From positions 4,993-68,992 of the IMG/VR virus record IMGVR_UViG_3300032313_000564: 64,000 nt of DNA; one strand, written 5' to 3'. The position numbers and the translations under genes are program-made. Of this stretch, positions 38,004 through 47,463 are shown in pieces. This DNA comes from a virus. The notes below the pieces were generated by a model. It had not been told where the DNA came from, searched no databases, and saw nothing but the letters and a program-made list of their open reading frames with translations. Position 1 is the stretch's first letter; each line of letters opens with the position of its first letter.

Positions 38004-38012
38004 ATTATAGCA
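38004..38012 (-). promoter_or_regulatory. Extended -10 promoter (TGcTATAAT)
   Basis: Just downstream of the capsid terminator; GAGGAG RBS follows. Confidence 0.6.
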
Positions 38013-38027
38013 TTGTTAAATTAAAAT

Positions 38028-38060
38028 GAAAAGCCCCTAAAAATTAATTAGGGGCCTTTC
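38028..38060 (-). terminator. Intrinsic terminator after the major capsid gene
   Basis: GGCCCCTAA-loop-TTAGGGGCT followed by TTTCATTTT on the minus strand. Confidence 0.8.
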
Positions 38061-38081
38061 GAGGGTTTAATTCTTAATTAA

Positions 38082-39131
38082 TTAAGAAGCAACCTTAACG
38101 TTCTTTACAACTACCCAAGCGTCTGCCTGCTCGATTTGAACACCAACACGAGTATACATTGTGTACTCGATTGAGTCCTTACGTGGCCAGAAGAAGCGGT
38201 AAACAGTAACATCACGCTTGATACCAATAACAACGTTATTTGGGAATGTCAAGTGGACGTCTCCGTGTGAACCTGATGGGCTAGCATATGTACCTGTCTG
38301 TGTCTCAGGAAGCAATGGAACTTCAACGATTGGAATACCAAATGCGTATGGAGCTACATATCCTGCTGGACCTCCAAGAACTGGAACATCACCACGGATG
38401 ATGCCTGAAGCAATATCCTGTGGAGTAACGTTCTGAATGTTCTGTGAGTTAGAGTATAGGTAATCCTGGATCAAGTTTGATCCCGCAAGGAAGCGAAGGT
38501 CTGTGCGACGTTGCTTGTACTTGCGTGGAAGTGCCTTAAGAGCTGAGTTAAACACTGCACGAGAAATTCCCGCACCTGCTGCGTCGACAACGCGACCATA
38601 GGTCTTTGCCTTCTTAACTGCTCCATCAAATGACTTGTAAAGTGCATCGCTTGAAAGTGATGTATCACCGTTAAGGATCAAATCTTCAATGTCATTACCT
38701 GCTTGTGTTGCCATCAAACGTGCAATGTGATCTTCGAGATCTGCACCTTCGATATTATCTTCTAGAGATTCTGTTGAAAGTTCCCAATCCATGCGGAGCT
38801 TCTTAGTTGTGAGAGAGATCTTTGAGAAAGTTACACCTGAGTTAACTCCTGTGTTCTCGCCTTCGGTTGCAAGCTTTACAAGCTTCTCACCAATAGACAT
38901 ACGATCAATTTCTGTTGTATCGGCCTTCATTCGGACTGTACGTGCAACCTTACCAATTACGGTAGCGTCGAACATATAATCTAGAAATCTAGCTGATTGT
39001 TCTGGGTTTAGAAGACCACCGTTTCCGTTTTCGGAAGCTGTGTGTACTCCTGCACCACCTGCTGTTGAGCCGAATCCAGTTGATACTGTTGTACCTGCTG
39101 CGGCTGCCTTTTCTAATAGTTCATTACTCAT
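38082..39131 (-). CDS. Major capsid protein (HK97 fold)
   Basis: GGLLNPEQ..F...ELSTESLEDNIEG...DIEDLILNGD...GIPIVE; follows the protease/scaffold gene. Confidence 0.93.
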   Translation of the reverse strand: MSNELLEKAAAAGTTVSTGFGSTAGGAGVHTASENGNGGLLNPEQSARFLDYMFDATVIGKVARTVRMKADTTEIDRMSIGEKLVKLATEGENTGVNSGVTFSKISLTTKKLRMDWELSTESLEDNIEGADLEDHIARLMATQAGNDIEDLILNGDTSLSSDALYKSFDGAVKKAKTYGRVVDAAGAGISRAVFNSALKALPRKYKQRRTDLRFLAGSNLIQDYLYSNSQNIQNVTPQDIASGIIRGDVPVLGGPAGYVAPYAFGIPIVEVPLLPETQTGTYASPSGSHGDVHLTFPNNVVIGIKRDVTVYRFFWPRKDSIEYTMYTRVGVQIEQADAWVVVKNVKVAS

Positions 39132-39152
39132 TTTTATTTCACCTACCTTATT

Positions 39153-40520
39153 TTAGTTAAAGATTTCATTTACGGAACCGAGGAAAGAACCGTTCCATTT
39201 TGATTTTGATTGTCTTACTCCCTCAGATCGGCCAAGATCAGAGGACTTCTTAATTGCGGTATCGCCTTCTACAGCATCTACACGCTTTTGAACACCATCA
39301 ATGGTGCTCTTTATTTCTGTCACAGCTGCACTTAGTGCGCTGTGCTTTTCTGCCAATTCTGCGATTTGGCCATTGATGCTTTTGCTGAAGCTCTCTACAG
39401 TTTCCTTCATTTCGGAAACATGAGCTGCATTAGCTTCTGTGGCTTTTGTCAAAGTCTCTGAGAAAAAGCCTTTTAGGTCGCCTAACATCTTTGCAAAATC
39501 AGGTTCATCAACCGTGACTTCTTCTGTTGCGGCTGCTTCTTCAACGGAGTCGGCAGGAGCATCTTCTGTTACAGTTTCTGTAACTTCCAATGATTTGTCA
39601 AAAAGATTGACATTTGATTCATCTGCTGCCTCAGCAACTGGTGTCTCAACTTCTGGAGTAACTTCAGCTGGAGATTCAACAATTGCTTCTGCAACTACTG
39701 ACTCTTCTTTGCCTACATTAAGTTTTTCCATGTCATTACCTCCTTCTACGTTTGCCTGTTTTGCAATTATTTGTGTTTCAGGCAACGCTAATCTTGTCTT
39801 CTTAAATGAAGCAAGAATCTTATCTATTTCTTTTGACTTGGATACGTCTGAGCTTTCTACCCATCCAATCAATGTAGCTGGCTTACCAGATACTGGAGAA
39901 TCAAATGTTTTTTCTGTAGACATAAACACTGAGTCACTTTCTTCGCAATAAAAAATATTTTCTGTTACAACATCTGCAGCCATACCTTTAAATACAAGCT
40001 GACCATTCATTTTCTCAATAGAAAAAATATTACATAGTTGATTTGCTGGTGAATCTACAATCGATAACTCAATTAGTTCATAGTTCTTAATAAAACGAAC
40101 TTGTTCTCCAGTAGACTTATTCATTTCGTTGTCTGCTTCTATAATCTTTCCGCCGATTGAAAAACCAGAAAGAGTGCCATCAAGAACTTTTTCCCAAGTA
40201 TCTTGTGCACCCTTTGAAATGTATGATGTAACATAAACACCATTATAAAATTCTTTTGTTGTCTGGTCGTAATAAGTTTCAGGTCTAAACGAAACAACCT
40301 TACCTACCGCAAGAGGCTGATGCATCTCACGAAGGTTTCCTCTAAACGAATCAAACGCTTTCATGCTAGCTTCTGCAGTTACGACATCACCAGTTTGATC
40401 TACGTTATCAAGCGTAGCAAAGCCAGATACAGTTCTCTTTTCACGGTTTACTTTTGTGAAAGGAACTGATAGTTGTACGGTATCACCGCTGCTAGACCAC
40501 ATGGTCTTTTCAATGTTCAT
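39153..40520 (-). CDS. Prohead protease fused to a scaffold-like region
   Basis: GFAT...D..GD, REMH, GFSIGG, ELSIVDSPAN; acidic linker and C-terminal coiled coil. Confidence 0.9.
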   Translation of the reverse strand: MNIEKTMWSSSGDTVQLSVPFTKVNREKRTVSGFATLDNVDQTGDVVTAEASMKAFDSFRGNLREMHQPLAVGKVVSFRPETYYDQTTKEFYNGVYVTSYISKGAQDTWEKVLDGTLSGFSIGGKIIEADNEMNKSTGEQVRFIKNYELIELSIVDSPANQLCNIFSIEKMNGQLVFKGMAADVVTENIFYCEESDSVFMSTEKTFDSPVSGKPATLIGWVESSDVSKSKEIDKILASFKKTRLALPETQIIAKQANVEGGNDMEKLNVGKEESVVAEAIVESPAEVTPEVETPVAEAADESNVNLFDKSLEVTETVTEDAPADSVEEAAATEEVTVDEPDFAKMLGDLKGFFSETLTKATEANAAHVSEMKETVESFSKSINGQIAELAEKHSALSAAVTEIKSTIDGVQKRVDAVEGDTAIKKSSDLGRSEGVRQSKSKWNGSFLGSVNEIFN

Positions 40521-40573
40521 ATGCTTAATTTTAGTGGTTTATTTACTATAACGCAAATCGTAGTTGATTAAAC

Positions 40574-42163
40574 TCACTTGACTTTTGGACCATCGCCCTT
40601 GGCATTTCTGCCTTCTCCAGTTTTATCTGAAGTCGTTTTGGCACGTTCTTGGTCCCTGGCCCTATTACCCGTAGATTTAGCATTTTGATCTGCTGCCTGT
40701 TGAGGCTTTAATTCTACTACCTCGTCACCACCTTCAATAGGAATCATGTTCTTTCTGATTCTAACTTCATTAGGGGTAATTACCTGCATTCTCAAATAGA
40801 TCTCATCTATCTGGCTTTGGGTTATTTCGTCTGTCAAACTTAGCTCATTAAATTTTAATTCAACAACGTCTGTTTTCTCTGCGATTAAATAATTTAATTT
40901 CTTTTCTAATCTATCTTGGGCTGGTCGGCAAACCTGCTCCTTAAATGTTTTATCGGCATCTCTTGCTACCGCTAAATTGACTCCCTCTGGAGTTCCAATT
41001 TTATTAATAGGAACACGATGGGCTAAAAGAATTTCATCTCTATTAGTTTTACGATAGATGTTGAAAGAAGATTCTTGCTCTCCAGCTTCAATCGGCTCCA
41101 TCTTAAATTCAGTCTTTGAGTCTGGTGTATCCGCTGGAAGTGGAATATAAAGGGATCTGTGATTCTTACCCTTTAATCCAACCTGGAAAAATTCAAGTAA
41201 TTTTCTTTCTGATTCTGGAGAAAGTTTTGCTCCCTTAACTGTAATAATATATCTTGGCACCGCTTTATTTTCAAAGTAGTCTAGGTTATATCTTCCAGCA
41301 AATTCATTTCCAGCCAATGCTTGCTGGGCTGCAATAATATCTGGCACACCGTAATAGTTATTCATAGGCGTGTATTTCTTTAAATGAATAATCTCATTTG
41401 GCCTGTCTTCTTGGCCAGCAATAGGATTTAATGTTTCCATGTCTCCGAAGTTACGGAAATATACAGCCTTGCCATAAAGTAACTGGATGAAGCCGTCACG
41501 TAATCTTCTTACACGCATTGTTTTAGCTGGTATATGGCCTATGTAGCCTACATCTCCTGCTGTTGTACGTCCTATCTCTAGGTAACCATTCCCAGTCGCC
41601 TCAAGGTCCGTGTAAGCCTTTATAAGGGTCTCTGTGAAAGACTCCTCTTCGTTGCAATCGTCAAGCCATTTTTCTAAATTTGTTTTAATTCGATTTATTT
41701 TAGCTCTTGCTCTTTCAAGCTGCTTGCTATCATTAATTTCATCCATAGCATCTTTTGCTTTTGTAGTCTCAGTAAAGTTGTAGCCTAGGCCAACAATATT
41801 TGAAACTTTTGCATTTATAGCTGCATAGTTGTAAGTTGATACTTCGTAAATCTTTGAGAGATAGTCTAGGTTATATGTAGGTTCAACAAGATCAAATAGC
41901 GCATATCCGCTAATTGCTTGCTGCATTAAATTCTGTTGTGTACCTACGCCGCTAGTTCCAACAAATGCTTTTGAAAAATCTCTATTGACTTTTCTTCTAA
42001 ATGTAGCCCCTAGCCCACTAAGCTTTTTAATATCTTCTAGACCCATAGCAAAAGGATCGTCATGCTCTTTTTCTTTTTTAAAGCTAAACCAATCTGCAGA
42101 ATTAGATATATCTATAGTAGATACTTCATCTGACGCATCGTCATCAATAAACTCTGCTCTCAC
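40574..42163 (-). CDS. Portal protein
   Basis: GNGYLEI, EIIHLK...YYGVP, YFENKAVP, AHRVP..IG, ITPNEVR. Confidence 0.93.
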   Translation of the reverse strand: MRAEFIDDDASDEVSTIDISNSADWFSFKKEKEHDDPFAMGLEDIKKLSGLGATFRRKVNRDFSKAFVGTSGVGTQQNLMQQAISGYALFDLVEPTYNLDYLSKIYEVSTYNYAAINAKVSNIVGLGYNFTETTKAKDAMDEINDSKQLERARAKINRIKTNLEKWLDDCNEEESFTETLIKAYTDLEATGNGYLEIGRTTAGDVGYIGHIPAKTMRVRRLRDGFIQLLYGKAVYFRNFGDMETLNPIAGQEDRPNEIIHLKKYTPMNNYYGVPDIIAAQQALAGNEFAGRYNLDYFENKAVPRYIITVKGAKLSPESERKLLEFFQVGLKGKNHRSLYIPLPADTPDSKTEFKMEPIEAGEQESSFNIYRKTNRDEILLAHRVPINKIGTPEGVNLAVARDADKTFKEQVCRPAQDRLEKKLNYLIAEKTDVVELKFNELSLTDEITQSQIDEIYLRMQVITPNEVRIRKNMIPIEGGDEVVELKPQQAADQNAKSTGNRARDQERAKTTSDKTGEGRNAKGDGPKVK

Positions 42164-42498
42164 TGTACCGCTCCGTTTCTAAGCATTGAATCTTTATAGA
42201 CTCCAATATCCAAAGGATCTGGAGTTAATCCCCACTTGAGTCTTTCATTTTGGTGTTCAAATTCTTCGTCGTCAATTTTTCTACGCCCTGAAAGGAACTT
42301 GGGATTGCCCTCGTATATACCGTATGAGCGAACCTCTCTAGCCAAAGCATCGATTTTGGATCTATTTCCTTTTTTTGCCGTGACCGAAAGAAAATTGCCA
42401 TCGTCGTCCCCAATCCATCTGCCATCAGGCATTTCCCACACATATATACCAAGGGTGGTTTCTTCTATAATTTGACTTTTTTGATTTAAGATATCCAT
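42160..42498 (-). CDS. Conserved hypothetical protein upstream of portal
   Basis: Overlaps the portal start; TGgTATGAT lies 8 nt upstream of ATG 42498. Confidence 0.75.
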   Translation of the reverse strand: MDILNQKSQIIEETTLGIYVWEMPDGRWIGDDDGNFLSVTAKKGNRSKIDALAREVRSYGIYEGNPKFLSGRRKIDDEEFEHQNERLKWGLTPDPLDIGVYKDSMLRNGAVQ

Positions 42499-42561
42499 AG
42501 ACCACAATCATACCATTATTTGATGTCAAAGTCCAGATATGTCTTGCGGCTGTACGTAATA

Positions 42562-44373
42562 TTATATATTTGTCGCAACACGGTCTTCAGACACAAAGAA
42601 ATATGCCAAATTGTCCGTGCCAGTATTCTTTTCTGCTAATGACATAGTGGTGTCTTGAATTACTAGCGAGTCAACTCCAATATAATTTAAATAATGCATA
42701 GATACTAGCTCCTGGGTAAATGGCAGCTTGTATATGGCCAAGTTGTTATACAGATTTCTTCCACCCGAAGAAGACCCTGATTGATTCTGATTAAATCTAA
42801 TATTGGTGCTTACGTCTTGGTTTAAATTTATTATTACGTGGTGCTGTATTCCAGGTATAAAATATTCAAATATATTGACTGCGTTAGTTACATTTTCTCC
42901 ATTTACATATACTGAATCTATTCCAGCTTTACTAATAACCCCCGCCGAATTCCAACTAAAGGATTCATTATTTGTAGACAAAAGAACTGAAGCCGACCCA
43001 TCTGGTGTAAATAGCATTTCAACAGACCGAATATTAATGTCATGATCTATTCCAAACCCTTTGCCATTAAACATAAACAATCCATTATTTTTGTTAAAAG
43101 ATAAAGGACGGCTATTTTCTTTAGGCATACAGTATTCGTAGTCTGAAATAATTTTAAAGCTAGAGTTGTCTCCGTAGAATGATTGATCTTCAAAAAATAC
43201 CAAGTCTATAGATTTTAATATAGGCAAAAATTTTCTAGAGTCTGTAGTTGACATTGTAACTTTTATAAATAATACATCTTGAAATTGATTATCGCTTTTA
43301 TTAAAATATGGTATTGAAGCGCCGTTTATGCACTCAGTCCAATTTTGATTATCTAAGCTTACCTTTATGGAAATTCCTTTTACGTCCCCATCCCAATAAA
43401 TTTGTGAAGTTTCAATGCCAAGATAGTTTGGAACAACGATGTAATCGGTAAAAATAAATTCTTTAGACTCCTGAGCATCTGTTTTTTCAAAATACAAATA
43501 AGACTGATCTGGTGATATTGAAATGTTTTCATTTGCTACATCTGACCATTTTTTTGCTTTTGGATAAGAGTATTGGAATGTGGGTCGTATCTTGCTTGAA
43601 TTCATTGAAAATAAATATCCGTCATCTGGGTACACTATGCTTGCTATATTTGTATTTTTTATTCCAATATTGTAATGAGTTCCAATTTGTTTTTGATTTA
43701 ACTCTGACTTATAAAAAGCAACTCCGTCTATAAAAAATTCAATTGCTGAGGACCCAGATAAAAATGAAACGTTTTCATTTGTAAATTTAAAGCTATTTAA
43801 ATTTAATATACTCTTTAACTCAGAGTTAATGTATAGGGCTATATTCCCTGGTGAGAATGTTCCAACTATGTACATGGCCTCTGACTGGCTGTATGTGTAA
43901 GAAACCTCTTGTCCCTGAACAGAAAATACAATGTTGCCGTTTTCATAAAAAATACCTATGTTGTTTGTTGGGTCTGAAACCAAATTAACTCTGGATGAAG
44001 TAAAATCATTTATTAATACCCACGCCTCTATACTAAATACATTGTCTGGGTACACCCTTGAAGCAATTCCACTTACTGGATAATATATATTAGTTTCTGG
44101 AAGCACCTGAGTTCCTCTTTGTCCACCAGAAATTAATGGCATAACTTTTTTATTTGAAGCTTCCGTTGCAAATCCGTCATTGAAGTTTCCAGAAAAATCA
44201 TATACAGGTAAACCGCTAATAGCAGCATAAGATATGCCAGAATCTTTTAAATGTTGATACGTTGGGAAAAATGTTCTAAGTATGTCGTAAGAAGAAACAT
44301 CACTTGATGCAACTTCATCTAATTGATAAAAAGCAATTGGTTTATCTTTTAAAATAGCATATTTGTATGACAT
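42562..44373 (-). CDS. LamG/concanavalin A-like domain virion protein
   Basis: ILKDKPIAFYQLDE, FSIEAW, LYIN..IDGVAFYK..L...I..HY; a second partial repeat at the C-terminus. Confidence 0.75.
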   Translation of the reverse strand: MSYKYAILKDKPIAFYQLDEVASSDVSSYDILRTFFPTYQHLKDSGISYAAISGLPVYDFSGNFNDGFATEASNKKVMPLISGGQRGTQVLPETNIYYPVSGIASRVYPDNVFSIEAWVLINDFTSSRVNLVSDPTNNIGIFYENGNIVFSVQGQEVSYTYSQSEAMYIVGTFSPGNIALYINSELKSILNLNSFKFTNENVSFLSGSSAIEFFIDGVAFYKSELNQKQIGTHYNIGIKNTNIASIVYPDDGYLFSMNSSKIRPTFQYSYPKAKKWSDVANENISISPDQSYLYFEKTDAQESKEFIFTDYIVVPNYLGIETSQIYWDGDVKGISIKVSLDNQNWTECINGASIPYFNKSDNQFQDVLFIKVTMSTTDSRKFLPILKSIDLVFFEDQSFYGDNSSFKIISDYEYCMPKENSRPLSFNKNNGLFMFNGKGFGIDHDINIRSVEMLFTPDGSASVLLSTNNESFSWNSAGVISKAGIDSVYVNGENVTNAVNIFEYFIPGIQHHVIINLNQDVSTNIRFNQNQSGSSSGGRNLYNNLAIYKLPFTQELVSMHYLNYIGVDSLVIQDTTMSLAEKNTGTDNLAYFFVSEDRVATNI

Positions 44374-44376
44374 ACG

Positions 44377-45558
44377 CTAACCTTCTAAAGATTTTACTCT
44401 TGCCGAAAGTTCCTGTACCGCTTTTATTAATGGCGCAATAAATTCTTCATACCTAAGAGCCTGCTCTGAATCTTGGTCAGTTTTGTCCAACAAAACCCAT
44501 CCTCCAAAATCAACACCAGCGTCTTCAATTACCGATTGCACCTCTTGTGCTATTAAACCCCAGTGTGTTCTTTCTCCTGGAATCGATGATCCGTCTTCTG
44601 TCTTTGATCCCTCAATAAACTTATAGCTAACTGGACGCAAGCTATTAATAAAATCAAGACCAAGTAAAGAGTCCTGTACATTTGTTTTTAATCTTGAATC
44701 TGACGTATTAATAGTTCCAGTATTTGAATATATTGTTTTCCAAAATCTATTTGTTGTTACTCCGTTAGGTGTGTCTATCGGCTGACCAATTGCATATAAA
44801 TTGTTAAATCTTGGATACCAATTTGAATTAACTCCAAAAACGTTTGTAGTCGGTATGTTCAAACCAATGGAAGTATCCACTGGATCAATATTTGCATTTG
44901 CTCCAGCAGCGCCATCTGCGCCTGGTGCTCCAGGTGCTCCAGGGGTTCCAGGGGTTCCTTGTTCGCCTTTGTCTCCTCGTGGGATTACAAAATTTAATTT
45001 TACATCAGAAGATGTGCCAGAGTTTGTTACACTTGCTGTTGTTCCAGCATTACCAGTTGTTGTGGACTGTATTACAATTGTTGCTGCCGCATCTCCTTTT
45101 GCTCCTGGATTTCCTTGTGCTCCTGGATTTCCTTGTGGGCCTACAATATTTGTTCCAGATGCCCAGGCATTGTTTAATTTAGGACCAAAAATTTTATTAG
45201 AAACTGTATTTATATAAAAATCTCCATTTGATCCATTTGCAGAAGTTGGATCAACTGTTCCATTTAATACACTGTTACCACCAATACTAGTTCCAGAATT
45301 CCAAGCACCAGAAACTTTTGGGCCGAATATAGAATTACTTGTGGTGTTAATATAAAAATCACCATCAATTCCTGTGCTAGAAATGGGATTCGAAGTTCCA
45401 TTAAGTACGCTATAACCCCTTGGTCCAGTAGCCCCAGTGGGACCTGGATGTGCATCTAAATATGCATCAACATCTTCTGCTAGCTGCTCAAGATCTCTTG
45501 GAACATCTGGAGTGTCTGAATATTGCGGGTAACGAAACCCTTTTCCTGTTGCGCTCAT
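44377..45558 (-). CDS. Collagen-like fibre protein with a C-terminal peptidase S74 chaperone
   Basis: G-X-Y runs, duplicated GDFYINT...IFGPK units, TSDSRLK...LRPVSY...WGLIAQEV...LRYEEFIAPLIKAVQEL. Confidence 0.88.
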   Translation of the reverse strand: MSATGKGFRYPQYSDTPDVPRDLEQLAEDVDAYLDAHPGPTGATGPRGYSVLNGTSNPISSTGIDGDFYINTTSNSIFGPKVSGAWNSGTSIGGNSVLNGTVDPTSANGSNGDFYINTVSNKIFGPKLNNAWASGTNIVGPQGNPGAQGNPGAKGDAAATIVIQSTTTGNAGTTASVTNSGTSSDVKLNFVIPRGDKGEQGTPGTPGAPGAPGADGAAGANANIDPVDTSIGLNIPTTNVFGVNSNWYPRFNNLYAIGQPIDTPNGVTTNRFWKTIYSNTGTINTSDSRLKTNVQDSLLGLDFINSLRPVSYKFIEGSKTEDGSSIPGERTHWGLIAQEVQSVIEDAGVDFGGWVLLDKTDQDSEQALRYEEFIAPLIKAVQELSARVKSLEG

Positions 45559-45564
45559 TTTTTA

Positions 45565-45573
45565 ATTATACCA
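45565..45573 (-). promoter_or_regulatory. Extended -10 promoter, leaderless
   Basis: TGgTATAAT-taaaaa-ATG(45558). Confidence 0.65.
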
Positions 45574-45590
45574 CCCAAGCTTTTATCATA

Positions 45591-46271
45591 CTATAAACCA
45601 CCAACGTGAAGTGTTTGGCCAGTCAAACTATTTGACCTCTCGTCTAAAAGAAGCTCTACCAAATCAGATATATCTTTCATTTCAAACATGCGCTCAATTA
45701 TTTGTGCCTTTAAAGCAGGTTGATTTCCACCAACAATATGCTTTCTTGAAAGGTCGCTCATTATAACTCCTGGGGCAATACAATTTGCCCTTATTTTTGT
45801 ATTGGACAGCTGCTTTGCAAAGCCTCTAGTAAATGACTCTACTCCAGCCTTTGAAGCTGCGTACATAGTCGCTTCGTTAGATATGTGTGCAGCTAAACTT
45901 GATATATTTACTATAGATGTGTGAACTTCTGGATTCATATTTTGAAGGAACGCTTGACATGAATTAAACACTCCATTTAAATTTGTATCTATGAGGTTAT
46001 AAACTTTGTCTTCAAAAAATACTCCAGCTGCAGAAGGCTCATATATACCAGCGCAATTTATTAATCCAGTTACCTGTTTTTTGCTATCAAGTATGTCTCT
46101 AGATATTCTATAAAGCGCTTTTATATCTCTAACATCTGACATAATAGTTGGAAATTTAGGATCATACATTGGTTTATTTAAAGTAATTCCAAGAACTTCT
46201 TTACCCAACGAGTGAAGTCTTTCTGCTACATCCCGCCCCATTCCAGATCCAGATCCAGTTACAATTATCAT
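45591..46271 (-). CDS. Short-chain dehydrogenase/reductase (FabG-like SDR)
   Basis: TGSGSGMG, INCAG, VNISS, YAASK, ANCIAPG. Confidence 0.92.
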   Translation of the reverse strand: MIIVTGSGSGMGRDVAERLHSLGKEVLGITLNKPMYDPKFPTIMSDVRDIKALYRISRDILDSKKQVTGLINCAGIYEPSAAGVFFEDKVYNLIDTNLNGVFNSCQAFLQNMNPEVHTSIVNISSLAAHISNEATMYAASKAGVESFTRGFAKQLSNTKIRANCIAPGVIMSDLSRKHIVGGNQPALKAQIIERMFEMKDISDLVELLLDERSNSLTGQTLHVGGL

Positions 46272-46921
46272 TCTGAACCGTCCGAATAGTATGGATTCTT
46301 TCTATTGTGGTACCAGTTTGGCAAAGAATATCTTGTTCCCTTTGTTACCGCATCAACCTCATGAACATAAACAAAATTAGATGGGAAGAAAAGTATTGTT
46401 CCAGCCTCTGGCTTAAGCTCAAGATTAAGATGTGGGAATCTTAATGTTCCGCCTTCGTAATCATCATTGAGATATAGCAATGCAGACAAAACTCTGCTAC
46501 TTATTCCATGATCTGAATGAGCTGGTAAAAATCCACTTTCTTTATATTTTAAAACATGCATTGTTTTTTCTCTAGCCTTAATATTTTTTTCTGCGTAAGG
46601 ATAGATAGTGAAGTAGTGATTAAGTGCAGTTTCAAGAGAGCCAAATAGCTCTGAAGATATAAAATGTTGTTCTTTATAAAATTTATCAGAAATGGATATG
46701 TCTTCTGGTTTAGGCAAGAATTTTTGCCAACAGAAAACAGTTTTTTCTGGACCGCCATGATCATAATCCCAAGCAGTCCATTCTTTTACAAAAGGAGACT
46801 GATAAGACTCATCTTGCTGTCTTTTTATTTCCAACTCTTCAATCTTATCTATAATAAGTTGTGGGTCCTTGATAATTCCTTTGTACTGAACTACGCCAAG
46901 CGCAAGCTGTTTAAACTCCAT
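46268..46921 (-). CDS. 2OG-Fe(II) oxygenase, prolyl-4-hydroxylase-like
   Basis: HSD...LYLNDDYEGG...FPS...HEV..V.KG.RY. Confidence 0.9.
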   Translation of the reverse strand: MEFKQLALGVVQYKGIIKDPQLIIDKIEELEIKRQQDESYQSPFVKEWTAWDYDHGGPEKTVFCWQKFLPKPEDISISDKFYKEQHFISSELFGSLETALNHYFTIYPYAEKNIKAREKTMHVLKYKESGFLPAHSDHGISSRVLSALLYLNDDYEGGTLRFPHLNLELKPEAGTILFFPSNFVYVHEVDAVTKGTRYSLPNWYHNRKNPYYSDGSE

Positions 46922-47463
46922 TAGCATCCCTCAAAATCTGGATCCATAAACTCTTTTTGCGTTGATTGCATAAAGAGTGCCGTATATCTGTTGCCAGTTT
47001 CAACTTTTGAAACACCGTGCAAATATTCATAGTCGTTTCCTGGGAAAAATAATGCAGAGAATTTCTTTGGACTGTGTGAAAAATTTTGTTTTGGAAAATA
47101 TATGTCTCCCCCAGTGTAGCCATCATTGAGGTATATTACAGAGCTATATTCTATAAAAGGCTCCTTTTCTATTGCATCTATGTGAGGATTGCCACTCATT
47201 CCTGGGCCCCACCCTGAACCAAAAGATTTTGTAATTATCACGTCTTTATCTGTTTCAAAAAATTCTTTCTGAATTAAATTAGCTTTCTTGGCATACTTTC
47301 TTAATATACTCATAACCGTATTATTGTACGGGAAAGCAGTTCCACCATTTCTGTCAGCATAATAATCTGGATAGTTATTTACAGAAGAAGGGTTTGTGAT
47401 CTCTGATATTAAAGTTTGTGCGTCGTAGTCTTCAATAAAGTTTTCAACTATTTTTATTTTCAT
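46921..47463 (-). CDS. 2OG-Fe(II) oxygenase, prolyl-4-hydroxylase-like
   Basis: HID...IYLNDGYTGG...FPG...HGV..V..G.RY. Start set at the ATGA overlap. Confidence 0.9.
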   Translation of the reverse strand: MKIKIVENFIEDYDAQTLISEITNPSSVNNYPDYYADRNGGTAFPYNNTVMSILRKYAKKANLIQKEFFETDKDVIITKSFGSGWGPGMSGNPHIDAIEKEPFIEYSSVIYLNDGYTGGDIYFPKQNFSHSPKKFSALFFPGNDYEYLHGVSKVETGNRYTALFMQSTQKEFMDPDFEGC

